32,887 nt of DNA from Vicugna vicugna (GCA_013265495.1 PNXW01002029.1:1-32887); one strand, 5' to 3'; positions 11,784 through 24,370 are shown, counted from the first letter of the stretch. Translations and numbers: made by a program. Notes: generated by a model from the sequence alone, not told the origin.

Positions 11784-11885
11784 GAACTTCAGTTTCCTAA
11801 TGCTATCTGAGGACCCTGTATGTAAGTCAGTATACCAAAATTGAAAATTTTATAAATATTTTATTTAAATCAAGTCTTCATTTCT

Positions 11886-13076
11886 TTCTTTTTTTAAATA
11901 TTTTTATTGATTTATAATCATTTTACAATGTTGTGTCAAATTCTAATGTAGAGCATGATTTTTCAGTTTTACGTGAACACATATATTCATAGTCACATTT
12001 TTTTCTCTGTGAGCTACCATAAGATCTTGTATATATTTCTCTGTGCTATACGGTATAATCTTGTTTATCTATTCTACATTTTGAAATCCCAGTCTATCCC
12101 TTCCCACCCCCACCCCACCCCCTTTGCAACCACAAGTTTGTACTCTATGTCTATGAATCTGTTTCTGTTTTGTATTTATGTTTTTTTTAATTTTATTATT
12201 TTTTTTGATTCCACATATGAGCGATCTCATGTGGTATTTTTCTTTCTCTTTCTGGCTTACTTCACTTAGAATAACATTGTCCAGGAGTATCCATGTTGCT
12301 GCAAATGGTGTTGTGTTGCCGGTTTTTATGGCTAAATAGTATTCCATTGTATAAATACATCACTTCTTCTTTATCCAGTCATCTGTTGATGGACATTTAG
12401 GCTGTTTCCATGTCTTGGCTACTGTAAATAGTGCTGCTATGGACATTCGGGCACAGGTGTCATTTTGAAGTAGGGTTCCTTCTGGATATATGCCCAGGAG
12501 CTGGATTCCTGGGTCATATGGTAAGTCTATTCCTAGTCTTTTGAGGAATCTGCGTACTGCTTTCCACAGTGGCTGTACCAAACTATATTCCCACCAGCAG
12601 TGCAGGAGGGTTCCCTTTTCTCCACAGCCTCTCCAGCATTTGTCATTTGTGGACTTTTGAGTGATGGTCATTCTGATTGGTGTGAGGTGATGCCTCATTG
12701 TAGTTTTGATTAGCATTTCTCTGATAATTAGTGATATTGAGCATTTTTTCATGTGCCTATTGATCATTTGTATGTCTTCCTTGGAGAATTGCTTGTTTAG
12801 GTCTTCTGCCCATTTTTGTATTGGGTTGTTTGGTTGTTTCTTATTAAGACGTATGAGCTCCTTATATATTCTGGAGATCAAGCCTTTGTCAGTTTCAATT
12901 TGTCGGTTTCATTTGCAAAAATTTTTCCCATTCCGTAGGTTGTCTTTTTGTTTTACTTATGGTTTTCTTTGCTGTACAGAGCTTGTAAGTTTAATTAGGT
13001 CCCATTTGCTTATTCTTGCTTTTATTTCTATTGCTTGAGCAGACTGTACTAGGAGAACATTTTTGAGATGTATGTC
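11886..13076 (-). mobile_element. Young 5'-truncated LINE-1 with 16-bp TSD
   Basis: TSD tcaagtcttcatttct (11870-11885) / tcaagtctacatttct (13077-13092), 1 mismatch; endonuclease-type site TTTCT/AA; contains ORF2 C-terminal frame. Confidence 0.97.
12360..12881 (-). pseudogene. L1 ORF2p C-terminal remnant (cysteine-rich domain)
   Basis: [37 protein letters not shown]…[18 protein letters not shown]…[13 protein letters not shown]…WKQPKCPS is the canonical L1 ORF2 C-terminus; last Cys of the CCHC motif reads Tyr; frame broken upstream by a short tandem duplication near 12885-12911. Confidence 0.92.
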
Positions 13077-15124
13077 TCAAGTCTACATTTCTAAGTGAAT
13101 CAACTGGCTTTATATCTAGAAGACATATAAAAATAAACACAATTGCTTATTTTTTACTTTCTTTTCAGCTTTGAAGTTTTTAAAATTTCACATCCTTAAA
13201 ATTTTCAATAATTTTATATGCATGTTTTATGTATAAGATGCTTAACTGTTTGAGCATGCTTCTTGATCAAAAGCCCAGCTGGAAGGGTCTGACTCAGAGG
13301 AGAAACATCATGACACCTCCTATAAGGATGCAGTGGTGCAACTCGGGACCAAACCTCACATCATCCCAGTGTTTTGCTGTCAGACACAGCTGTAAAGGTG
13401 CCTTGTTGGGCCTTGAGGGGCAGGGAGGCTCTCCCCTTGTGGAATGAGAGGGGACACTGGTCTGAGTGAGCTGCCTCAGAGCTAAGAGCCCAAGGCACAC
13501 TGGAGGGACCGAGCGGCTACCACCTCCTCTGTGTTGGGTTCTGATCTTGGTTTCTGGCTTACTCGTCTTGGAGTTTGTGTGATCTGACTTCCATTTCCCA
13601 TGTATCTGAGTAATTTTCAGTAAGGAAAGTTTTTTTAATGTCAGTGTCGACAACTGTAAAACCACTTTTCATATTTTACTCCAGATGGCTTGATCCTCTT
13701 GCAAATTTACACAAAGAGATTTGAGATATTATCACAACATTGTGTGCATTTAGTAAATATTTGACCAGGCTTAAACTGTACAGGTGATGGTTGTGATTGT
13801 AATTGCAGACCACACAGCTGCAGCTGGGAGGCTGACATCAAGTTAAGCAGAATTTTTATTTTTCTGTCTTTGATAGCTCCTGGATTAACGGCAAGATATT
13901 TCGAAGAATATATCCTATTTGCACCTCAGCTGTGAGATAAATGTTATATTTTCTGGCACCAATGCATAGTCTAAAGGCTTGAAGAATAATAAAGAGATGA
14001 ATTTAGTGGCAAAGGAAATACTAAATTGCAATTCAGTGTATCTCTATATTACTGTAAGCTCTAGAGACACGCATGAGCCCAATACATAGGTGAGATAATG
14101 AACATTTGGCAAAAGAGTGAGGTACTAACTTGACACCGGGATTCCTGTTCTCAGTACTTCAGGAAGGAAGGAACAAGGAGCCAAGAAGTAGAAACAAGGT
14201 GAATGAACATGAGACACATTTGGGAAAATATCAAGAAGAGTTTTGCTGGCCACATGAACTGAAAGACCATACCTGGTTATTATTCTGTGCTTGTGATGGA
14301 AAGCACTATTAGCAGACACTTTAATTGTACACACAGCTGAGCTTGGCTAGCACTTCAGGCTGGGGTAAAGTTAAGTCGTGGGCAGCCTGAGGGGACGAAC
14401 AAGATTGTATGTCAGACTTTTGGAAGAACAAATATTTTGGAAGAAAATATGTCAGGAAGAAAATGTGAAAACTGTTCAGCAGCTCCCAACTTCCTCTTCT
14501 TTCTCACATGTGTGGATAAACTGGGTTTCAACAAGAAATAGTGAAAAACAGGTTGCCTTCTTGGAAGTGTGAAGATAATGATTTAGAGCAAATTAAAGAG
14601 AAGCCCTCAGTCAACAGGTACCATCCTCCATATGCAAAGAACGACATTCACTGGGACACACACTTCATCCTTCTTTTTCAGAGCAGTGTGATGTGGAGCT
14701 GCCCCTTGGCAGACATTTATTGGTTGACCAGGGTTAGGTGTTTAATCTCTGGCAAAATAATCTTATCTATATGCAGTCACTGAGCCCATGATTTTGCCTG
14801 TCACTCCTGAGGTGACACTTAAGGTGAAGAGAAATAACACGTCTGTAATATATTAGAGGACTTGTCTGGCTACTGAGGGGAGTGAGTGAGTACAAGGCAA
14901 GGTGTTGTCCTTGGTGATCAGAGAAAGCATGACAAAATGATAAACGTATCTGAAATGGACAAAGTATGTTAATTATTAACTGGTTCTAATTCCAACACTA
15001 TGCCAGGAACAGGCACTGAAGTTACAAATCTGGTAAAGTCCTTCCTCCCTGCTGCCTAGAATCTACTGGAGAATGCAATCAGAAACCTGGAAATTCATGG
15101 TGATGTGGGGAAAACCCCACGTTT

Positions 15125-15290
15125 GTGCCTTGGAATCAGACTCACCTTGGGCTGATTTCCTGTTCTGCTACTGGCCAAGAGACTTAACCTTCTCTAGCCT
15201 CATTCATCTCATCTATTCACTTGAGTATGGGTGTTGGAAAATCAAAGATGATCCTATGATGTGTTTAAAAAAGTATCCAGCACAAAGTGG
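15125..15290 (+). mobile_element. MIR SINE
   Basis: ccttggaatcagac…ctgctact…gacttaaccttctctagcctcattcatctcatctat…atccagcaca. Confidence 0.65.
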
Positions 15291-16127
15291 ATCCTCAAAA
15301 AAACGAGGAGTAGTGAGGTAAGGGTTGAGGTATGTGTGAAGACACTCCAGTGGTGGGGTCTCCACAGAGGTGCTGGACCTCTTCCTCCGTCTCATGAGAC
15401 AGGATATGTATGGATGGGTGAGATGGCAGGATGGCTGAGTCTCTGCAGAATCCCAGACCCATTCTCTTCACACAAGGGCTGTTTAGGATGGAAGCACACT
15501 TCTTTTAGGTTGAATAGGCTCTGCCAATAATGAGGAAGAAGAACTTCACAGACTGGAACTCAAGATTAGTGGGCTCTGATGAGGTGCAATGGGAACAGAG
15601 CAGCTTTGTGAGTGGTACTGGAAACAGGCCAGTGGGAAGGCACAGGGTGTCTGGCTCTGTGGGCTCCCTCAACAGGAAGTACACGTGTTAATCTCTGAAG
15701 CTGGCAGGAACACTGTCAAAGGAAGGGAAAGGAAGAGTAAAAAGAAATTTTGTCTCACAAATTTGTGCTTAAGCCTAAGCATCATTAACATTATTATTGA
15801 CAGAAACAATAATTACAACAATATAAATTTGAAAAGCTATCATTTTATGACTTTTAAAGCAGTTCCACTTTTTGGATTGCTCTGGTTTCTCTCAGGTCTC
15901 TGTGGAGGGAGAAAGGCACCCCTGGGACCATTAACTCCATTTTACAGTTGCACACACTGAGGTAGCCTGCTGTGTCTCTGCTAAAGAATTGTCATCACCT
16001 GGTGCCATGTGATCTGAGGAAACACATGTAAGCCTAGAGGATCTTAGATCTCTTATCTTCCAATATGGAAATCAGGAAATCTCTTAGAATTCTTCCAGGT
16101 TTAAGATGTATCATCTTCATGAATAGC

Positions 16128-16693
16128 TATGATTAGCTGCTTCTTAAACTGCCTCCCATGACTGCTGCCTCCTGATTTTTGGGGTCTTCTATAATCTGCT
16201 CCCCTTGTGTGTGAGCTGGACCTAGTGACTTGCTTCTAACAATCAGAGCACACTGAACATGGTAGGATGCTGTTTCTGAGATTAGCTTGTAACTACTGCA
16301 ACTTCCTTCTTGCTTGGTCTCGCTCTTTGGCTTGCTATGATGAAGCAAGTTGCAGAGGCCCTGCTAATGAGGAACTGGGAGCAGCTTTTGGTCAACAGTC
16401 AGTGAGAAAATGAGCCCTTCAGTCTGAGGACCTGCAGAGAATTGATATCTTGCCAGTGATACTGTGAGTGAACTTGGAAGGAGACTCTTCCCCAGTGGAA
16501 TCTTGAGATGATTGGAAGCCTGACCAACATCTTGATCACAGCCTTGTAAGACCCTGACCCAGGCCTCTAGCCTTCAGCTAAGCCACTCCTGGGTTTTGAC
16601 CCACACAGGAACTGTGAGAGGATAAATGTTGTTTTATCACTAAGTCACTAAGCGTTGAGGTAATTTGTTACACAGCGAGAGATAATTAAGGTA
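16128..16693 (+). mobile_element. MaLR solo LTR (MLT1F-like), near full length
   Basis: ctccccttgtgtgtgagctggacctagtgacttgcttctaac…gaggaactg…gtgagtgaacttggaag…cagccttgtaagaccctga…gaactgtgagaggataaatg…taagtcactaag…ggtaatttgttacacagc. Confidence 0.9.
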
Positions 16694-16756
16694 AAATATT
16701 GAATAAGTGTTAGAGGCCAGAACCGATCACAGATTTCTTTTCCCTGAATTTTGTTT

Positions 16757-17046
16757 CAGCATTTCCTGAAATGCTCATTAACACATTAATGAAATAAAAT
16801 GCTCTGTGTTGGAAGGGTTCTGTCGTCAAAACACATTTGAGAAATGCCTCATAGTCTTTTTCTTGCAAATACATAATGTATATTGTATATTAAAGACTCA
16901 GTGATAAAGAAACTTAACTTTGTTAAACCCAGCATTTCCCAAACTTGATTGACCATGTAACATCATTAACATGAAGTATCTATTAATAAATACTCCACAG
17001 AAGTTATACACTGTAGAGCACAATGAACAGACTTTAGGAAACACTG
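16757..17046. mobile_element. hAT-Charlie MITE (MER103-like)
   Basis: Imperfect terminal inverted repeats cagcatttcctgaaa / tttaggaaacactg; internal aaacccagcatttcccaaacttgattgaccatg. Confidence 0.6.
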
Positions 17047-18758
17047 ACATGACTATTTTACTATCTTCTGAGCATCCTTCAGAGAGCTGTCCCTGCCACC
17101 AAGAAAACTGTGCAGAATGGAGCAATTTGTGGTGTGTACAGTTTGTGTACCATCAGGAGAAAAATACACCTGGATGATACTTCCAGTGGTGTGAACGTGG
17201 ATACCTTTTGTTCCCTTCATGGTACTTTCTGTTTTCCATAGTGGGCATATATTACTATTTCGATATGACAAGTTTTATACAGTAGGCTTAGTAGCATGTT
17301 TTCAACCCATCATGCTTTGGTAAGCTTCAAGACTGTGCTTTTATGTATGTACATGTGCATATGAGGGGCTGAGGCACAAGACCGAGATAACTCTGGTGGC
17401 ATGCGTCACTTCTGTCTATATGGGTGGGTGCCTGGTTATCTATGTTGGATGAGTTTTAAGCTCTCCTAGAGGTTACTCGTTGCGCCAGCTAAGAGGACCT
17501 GTGCATGGCATGGCTTTTGCTGCTGCCATTTATTTATGGGAGGCTGGTCATCGGGTCTGATCCATTTGTCCCAGCCCTTGCTGGTTCCCCACCAACAGAG
17601 CCTAGTTGTTAGACCATTGCCTTTATGGGCTGAACCAGATCCCTGCTCTACCTTCTCTCTACAGTAGCAAGAAAGGCTTTGCTACATATGTTCCAAAGCC
17701 TCAGGCCAAAGAGAAGAAGGGAAAGGTGAGGAATGAAGTTATTTTCCTGTCCAAGTGCACAGTGCAGCCCTTAAAGAGAGATTCTAAACCCAGAATTTGG
17801 GGGAACCCAGTTATGGCGAGGTCATGTGATAAGGTACCCCAAGAACAGGGGTGTTGAGTGTTTCTTCTGGGGTGAGGATTCAGAGAGTGAGTTAGAAGAG
17901 CTTTTGCAGCTGTGGGGACATATTCTGGACCACTGCTGAGAAAGAGTTGCATTTACAAGCCACTTTGAATCCGCAGCTAAGCTGTGACCACAGGATGGTC
18001 TCAAGAGCTTTTTGCCTTCCTGTTCACACCCGCTCCCCTCCCTCACCCCGCCAGCCACTGCTGAACTACTTTCTATTCTTCCTCCTCTCCTGTGTCTTCT
18101 CATCACTTTAATTTTTTTTCTTGTCAAGGACCTGTTCAAGAATGTGATGAAAACTGAGGGCTTTTCTTCAGATAAGTGCACCTACATATGTTTAAAGGTT
18201 TCCTATCATGCCTCGCAGAAACAGGAATGAGGAATCTGATGTTGAAATGGAAGCTTTGCTGTATGTCCAGAGCCCACATGTCCTGAAAGTTTATCATCAG
18301 CTTATTAAAGGTTCATGAGTTCCAGATTTCAAACTTCTACTGTATAACCCTGCTCCCAGCTGAAAGTTTGGATAGAAAATGGTCTATTTAAGGGGTTACA
18401 GGCTTTGAGGTGTGCAGTTGGGGGAAGAAGTCTTAGGTGCACATTTGACACCCCCCCCCAATCACAGACTAAACTTCTGTGGATAAGCCGGGGTGGCTCT
18501 TACACTTTGGCTTCTTATCTGGACAGCTAATGTACGCGTAAGTCTGTGACAATCAATCCTGAGTCAGACTTAAATGGTGAGGTGTCGAGCTTGAGCCCTT
18601 CAATGGTCCTTCATCTGAAGCATGGAAGTCTTCATTTACATGAGTCATCATTACAATGGGGTTGACTGATATCAAGAGTGAAATTTCTTAGCTTTAAATT
18701 TTTTTCTTATACAAGATGCTTTTCTTTCACAGAAATTATACATCATTAAAAAGAAATC

Positions 18759-18907
18759 GGGGTAGGGAAGGGTATAGCTCAATGGTAGGGCACATGCTTA
18801 GCATGCACAATGTCCTGGGTTCAATCTCCAGGGCCTCCATTAAAAAAATAAATAAATAAACCTAATTACTTCCTGCCCCAAATAAAATTAAAAAAATTAA
18901 AAATTTA
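18759..18907 (+). mobile_element. Camelid tRNA-derived SINE (Vic-1 type) with 11-bp TSD
   Basis: gggaagggtatagctcaatggtag…catgcttagcatgcac…gtcctgggttcaatc…cctccattaaaa…aaataaacctaattac; Pol III A box tagctcaatgg (18775-18785), B box ggttcaatc (18818-18826); TSD aaaaagaaatc at 18748-18758 and 18908-18918. Confidence 0.93.
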
Positions 18908-19179
18908 AAAAAGAAATCATACAGTCCTTGTGCTTAAGGAGTACAAGTCAGCTTTCATAGGTGTCTTCTACCAAATATCTCCCATCCCACCTGCAAAATC
19001 TCCGTTCCCATAGTTCTTTGATTTAAAGCTTTGAAAGCTGCTAAGAAAAATGCAAGTGCTATTGGAGGAGGCTAGCTTTCTACAGCTATCATCATTCAAG
19101 AGCTTCTTACTCTAGATTAGTTCGTTAGATCAATGATTTTCAGGGGTAGGAGACACAAGTCTAAAAGCTAGGAGGCTAG

Positions 19180-19530
19180 TTTGTGTATTTTGGAAATTAA
19201 GCCCTAGTTGGTCACATCATTTGCAAATATTTTCTTCTATTCCATAGGTTGTTTTTTCATTTTGCTTATGGTTTCCTTTGCTGTGTAAAGGCTTATGATT
19301 TTGATTAGGTCCTATCTGTTTATTTTTGTTTTTATCTTGGGAGACTGCACTATGAAACATTGCTATGATTTATGTCAGAGAATGTTTTGCCTATGTTTTC
19401 TTCTAGGAGTTTTATGGCATCATGTCTTCAGTTTACCATTTTGAGTTTATTTTTGTGTATGGTGTGAAGGAGTGTTCTAACTTCTTTGATTTACAAGCAG
19501 TGTCCAAACACCACTTGCTAAAGAGACTGT
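19180..19530 (-). mobile_element. L1 ORF2 fragment inside the chimeric insertion
   Basis: Colinear with about 3077-3447 and about 26777-27153; translation includes FSKWC…[20 protein letters not shown]. Confidence 0.93.
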
Positions 19531-19692
19531 AAAGATTAAATTTTATAATAAATTGTATGTAGAGTCCCTCTCTTGCATATGTGCCTGTCACAGAGCAGAT
19601 GCTAATTGCTTGCTTGCTCTTCGCTCTCCCATCCACCACCCCCCTTACTAGGTTATGCCCATAGACATTAAAAAGTAATTTTAAGGATCCTG

Positions 19693-19698
19693 AATAAA
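19693..19698 (+). promoter_or_regulatory. Polyadenylation signal of the retrotransposed RNA
   Basis: AATAAA ending 18 nt upstream of the poly(A) run, the canonical spacing. Confidence 0.75.
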
Positions 19699-20254
19699 AC
19701 AAAAAGCTGAATTATTAAAAAAAAAAAAAAAGCTAGGAGGCTAGAAGAAAAAGGACAAGAAAAATTAGCAAATCGTATCATTTTTCTGAGGTTTTGACAT
19801 GTGGGAGGTTAGAGTGGAAAGGACTTGCAAGGATAACTGAGTTTAGTCTAGAGCTCCTCATCAACAATGGGTGTGCATGGGAGGGTAGTGGGGCAGTATC
19901 AAGGGATACCTTGGAAGTTCTCAGTACATGGAGGGAGTACACCTAGGGGATATACCACTCTAATAACCCTGGCAGAGTTTGGAGAATCAGCCTAGCACTT
20001 TTGTCTCACGGGCATGTCAAGGATTCTCCTGGGGCTGGTGATCAGAAGGGGAAGTTTAGTCTCACTGTCATTTAAAGAGTCTGCCTTGATTTAGGCATTA
20101 CTGCTTATTTTCCTAGATGAAACTTTGGGCTTGGAGAATGTTGATGCCTTTGACTAGTTCTCAGTGCCAGAAATAGAAAAGAGTTAAGGGTACAGACCAT
20201 TATGTTTGTGTTCTTTTCTATTTAAGTTGCTTTTTTTTTTCCCATAGGGGTATC

Positions 20255-22366
20255 TTTTAATTAAATTTTCCCAGTTTTATTGAGAAATAATTGATACACA
20301 TCACTGGATAAGTTTAGGTGCACAGCATGATGGTCTGATTTACATATTTTGTGAAATGATTACCATAATAGATTTAGTTCACATCCATCATCTCATATAA
20401 ACAATAAAAAGAAAAGGAACAAAAAATTTCTCCCTTTGATGAGAACTCTTAAGATTCACTCTCTTAACAACTTTCCTGTGTATCACACAGTAATGTTAAC
20501 TACAGTCAGTATGATGTACACTACGTCCATAATATTTATTTACCTTATAACTGGAAGTTTGCACATTTTGATCACCTGCCTCTAATTCTTCCTCCCCCTA
20601 ACCCCCACCTGTAGTAACCACAAAGCAGATCTCTTTTTCTATGAGTTTGATGGTTTTTTATTTTATTTTGTTTTTGTTTTGTTTTGTTTTAGATTCCACA
20701 TATAAGTGATATTATACAATATTTGTCTTTCTCTATCTCACTTATTTCACTTAGCATGATGTGCTCAAGGTCCATCCATGCTGTTGCAAATGGTAGAATT
20801 TCCTTGTTTTTTTAAATAGCTGAGTAGTATTTCACTGTATAATTATACCACCTTTTCTTTATCCATTCATCCATCAGTGGACACTTACATTGTTTCCATG
20901 TCTTGGCTATTGTAAATAATGCTGCTGTGAACAGGCGGGGTATGTATATCCTTTCAGGTTAGTGTTTTTGTTTCCTTTGGACGTATTCCTAGAAGTGGAA
21001 TTTCTGGATCATATGGTGATTTTATTTTTAATTTTTTGAGGAACCTCTATACTGTCTTCCAGAATGGCTGTACCAATTTTCAACCCCACCAACAGTGCAC
21101 AAAGGCTCCTTTTTCTCCACACCTACACTATCATTTGTTATCTCTTGTCTTTTTGCTGATGGCCATTCTAACAGGCATGAGGTGAAATCTCCTTGGGGTT
21201 TTAATTTACATTTCCCTGATAGACTAGTGATATTGAGCATATTTTCATGTACCTGTTGGCCATCCATATGCCTTCTTTGGAAAAATGTCTATTCAAGTCC
21301 TTTGCCTGTTTTTAATGGGATTATTTGTTATTTTACTACTGAGTTGTATGAATACTTTATAAATTTTGAATATTAACCCCTTACCAGATATATGATTGCA
21401 AACATTTTTCCCATTCTGTAGGTTGTCTTTTCACTTTGTTGTGGTTTCTTTTGCTCTGCAGAAGCTTTTTAGCTTGATATAGTCCCACTTGTTTATTTTC
21501 AATTTTGTCACTTGTGTGTCAGGTGTGATGTCCAAAAAAAAATCATTACTGAGACCTATGTCGAGATTTTCCCTATGTTTTCTTCTAAGAGTTTCATATT
21601 TTCATGTCTTACATTTAGGTCTTTAATCCATTTGGAGTTAATTTTTGTGAGTGGGTAAGGTATAAGTCAAGTTTTATTATTTTACGTGTGAATATCCAAC
21701 ATTCCTAGCACTACTTATTGAAAAGACTGTCTTTTCCCCATTGAATATTCTTGGCTCCTCTGTCAAATATTAGTTGATTATATCTGCTTGAGTTTATTCT
21801 GGGGCTCTCGGTTCTGTTCCATTGGTCTATTTGTCTGTCTTTATGCCAGCACCATACTGTTTTAATCATCATAGCTTTATAGTATAGCTTAATGTTAATG
21901 CTTCCTGACTTGTTCTTCTTTCTCAGGATGTCTTTGCCTATTTAGGGTATTTCGTGGTTCCAAATAAATTTTAGGAATTTAAAAAAATTCTGTAAAAAAT
22001 GCCATTGGAATTTTGATAGGAATTGCATTGACTCTACAGATGATTTTTTGGTAGTATTAGCATTTGAACAATATTGTTCCAATCCATGAACACAGGATAC
22101 TTTTCCATTTATTTGTGTCTTCTTCAATTTCTTCCATCAATGTCTTGTAGTTTATAGGATAAAGCTCTTTAAACTCCTTGGTTAAATTTATTCCTTAGTT
22201 TTGTTTTTATTGTTTGATGCTGTTGTAAATGAGATCTATTTCTTTATTTCTTTTTTCAGGAAATCTGCTGTTTGTGTATGGAGACACTAGAGATTTTTAT
22301 ATGTTAAGTTTGTATCCTGCAATTTTATTAAATTTGTTGACTAGTTCCGACAGATTTTTTGGTTGA
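20255..22366 (-). mobile_element. Older 5'-truncated LINE-1 (L1MA9-related/laurasiatherian type), about 2.1 kb
   Basis: 3' end cccagttttattgagaaataattgatacacatcactg…gatgagaactcttaagat; degenerate ORF2 antisense text runs to …gacagatttttggttga; no clean TSD. Confidence 0.93.
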
Positions 22367-22585
22367 AATTTTGGTTAAAAATTTTTAGGTAAGATATGCA
22401 TATAATGCCAATTTAGAACTCTGTGATTTCTGGCAGGACTTGTGGAGAGGGGCTTATATATAGCCCAAGTGTTTGAAGAGTTGTAGGAGGAAGCATACAA
22501 TGAGACACTAGGTTTAGATCATGATTCTTCTGAGCCTTGTGTCTAGTCCAGGTTAGATCATGTCATTATTTTTGTTATACTTACA

Positions 22586-23073
22586 TGTGGTAGATTATTT
22601 TCAAAAATGACTTCAGACATTCCTCCTATGCTCCTTTGCAGCATGACTTTGTCACTCTTCAAATCAGAAGGTGGAGTATATTTTCCTTCCTCCTTGAACC
22701 TGGACTGGTCTTGGGATTTGCTTTGACCAATGAACAGAATGGCACAATAATGCCACGTGACCTCTAAGACTAAACCTTAAGAGACCTTACAGTTTTTGCT
22801 TTCACTCTTAGAACTCTAAGAGCTCCGTGTTCTGAAGAGGTCTAGTCTATCCTATCAAAGAATGAGAAGTCTTGTGAAGGAGGCATGACAGATGACAGCC
22901 AGTACCAACTTTCAGACAAACCATCAGATACTACAGCCATATGACTGATTGTGACCAGCAAAGATGAAGCCATCCAGATTGACAACCCACAGAGTTGAGA
23001 GTGATACTAAAGCTTTGTTGATTTATACCTCTAAATTTTGGGGTGATTTATTGCACAACAATGAAGAACAAAA
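22586..23073 (+). mobile_element. MaLR solo LTR (MLT1G/H-like)
   Basis: 5' tgtggtagattattttcaaaaatg, ccttgaacctggactggtcttgggatttgctttgaccaat, accttaagagacc, 3' ctaaattttggggtgatttattgcacaacaat. Confidence 0.85.
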
Positions 23074-23264
23074 AAAATCATACAGTACTTATATGACAGT
23101 GCTACAAGTGAACTTTTGTATGTTTTATCATTGTCACAGGTTTTTCAGATTAAACCTTATTTCCCTGAATGCACAAGACAAATTTGTTTTCCAACTTGGT
23201 AGAATAGCTGTGAGAGTTTCCTGTTCTGTTTTGATTTTTAAACGTTACTCTACTGAACGTGTAT

Positions 23265-23400
23265 AATATTCTCCTGTATTATAGATGAAGAATCTGAAGT
23301 GTAGAAAGATTCCAGTGTTCATCCACAATCACAGAGCTGATGAGTGAGCAAGAGAGGCTCAAACAAAAGTTGCTTCCTTCCAGATCTGCTCTTTGCCTTG
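23265..23400 (-). mobile_element. MIR SINE
   Basis: cctgtattatagatgaagaatctgaagtgtagaaagatt…atcacagagctgatgagtgagcaagag. Confidence 0.7.
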
Positions 23401-23864
23401 TACTAGGCTGTATATACTACATGCTGTTTCTTGAGAACACACATGAATGGCCGGTGAAAGACAGGGGAAAGATCTCAGCTCTGACAATTCTCAGAACATA
23501 CAACCATGATATGGGTGGTTATGGAGCAAGGAAAGCCACCTTGCTATGGATGTAGGTCACAAAGGAATCCACGGTGAGCCCAGAAACCTCGCTTTGACTG
23601 CCATGCTAACAGATCTCCTGTCTCCTCTAATAATATCTCAACCCAGCCCGCAGGGGCTCATTAATTGGCATGCATCTATGACATGTTTTTGTAACTGCCA
23701 GTTTTAAAAATAAATAAAGTAAAATATACCCTAACTTGCCACAGTCCCAAATTAGCACAGGACTGCACTGCCCTGTGGAAACAGGGGTGGAAGCTCTTGT
23801 CTATTATTTCTCAGGTAATGGCCATGCCAAGTAAAATAATTATTTTTCCACACCTACCTCACTG

Positions 23865-24370
23865 CCTTTCAGCTTAGGCCCTCGTTTCTCACCTAGATTG
23901 CTGTGAAAACTTCCCCACTGGTACTGATGCTTTAACACAAGCCTCCCTTCACTTCCAACCACATTGCACGTTGGCATCAATTCTGTATCCTGGAGACATC
24001 ACATGCCTAGGCTTATGAATGTGAGTGCCATTGTAACGGTATTGGTCATTACCTGAAACAAGTCTTGAAAAATTATAGAACTTACCATTTGTTGAATTAA
24101 TATGAAAGCCACAACACCATAAGCACTAACTCGCTGTCTGATTCTAACTCTTGCTGCATCTCCTAGTTCACGCTCATGGTAAATGGAGCAACGTTCATTT
24201 CTATGGAAAGAGGTGGGTTGCTATTTCTTTTGTTCTCCATGCGTTTGCTCACAGTTTGGCCTCTGTCTTAAACCTACCCCTTTACTGTCTCCTTCTTCAT
24301 CAATCTAACTTTTACCCATAGTCTAATGTGAAGCTTAGGGTCAACTCCATTGGCAAGCTTGGCTGTGCTC
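23865..24370 (+). mobile_element. LINE-2 fragments
   Basis: aggccctcgtttctcacctagattgctgtgaaaacttccccactggt and catgcgtttgctcacagtttggcctctgtcttaaac resemble the L2 body; interrupted and diverged. Confidence 0.5.

Larger units (their letters stand above)
19180..19727 (+). mobile_element. L1-mediated chimeric retro-insertion: antisense L1 ORF2 piece + apparently non-L1 polyadenylated sequence
   Basis: Exact TSD aaaagctaggaggctag (19163-19179, 19728-19744); A15 run 19717-19731; AATAAA 19693-19698; 19180-19530 is antisense L1 ORF2; 19531-19716 does not resemble any L1 copy in the window. Confidence 0.88.

Noticed and set aside
13685..13724. ttttactccag followed by WLDPLANLHKEI, superficially like a FERM-domain exon
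   Set aside because: In-frame stop after 12 codons and no suitable donor.
18759..18840. tRNA gene
   Set aside because: tRNA-like head, but followed by a SINE tail and flanked by TSDs; the acceptor and T stems are disrupted.
23495..23573. Exon-like segment ending acg|gtgagc
   Set aside because: Poor polypyrimidine tract and unrecognisable peptide.
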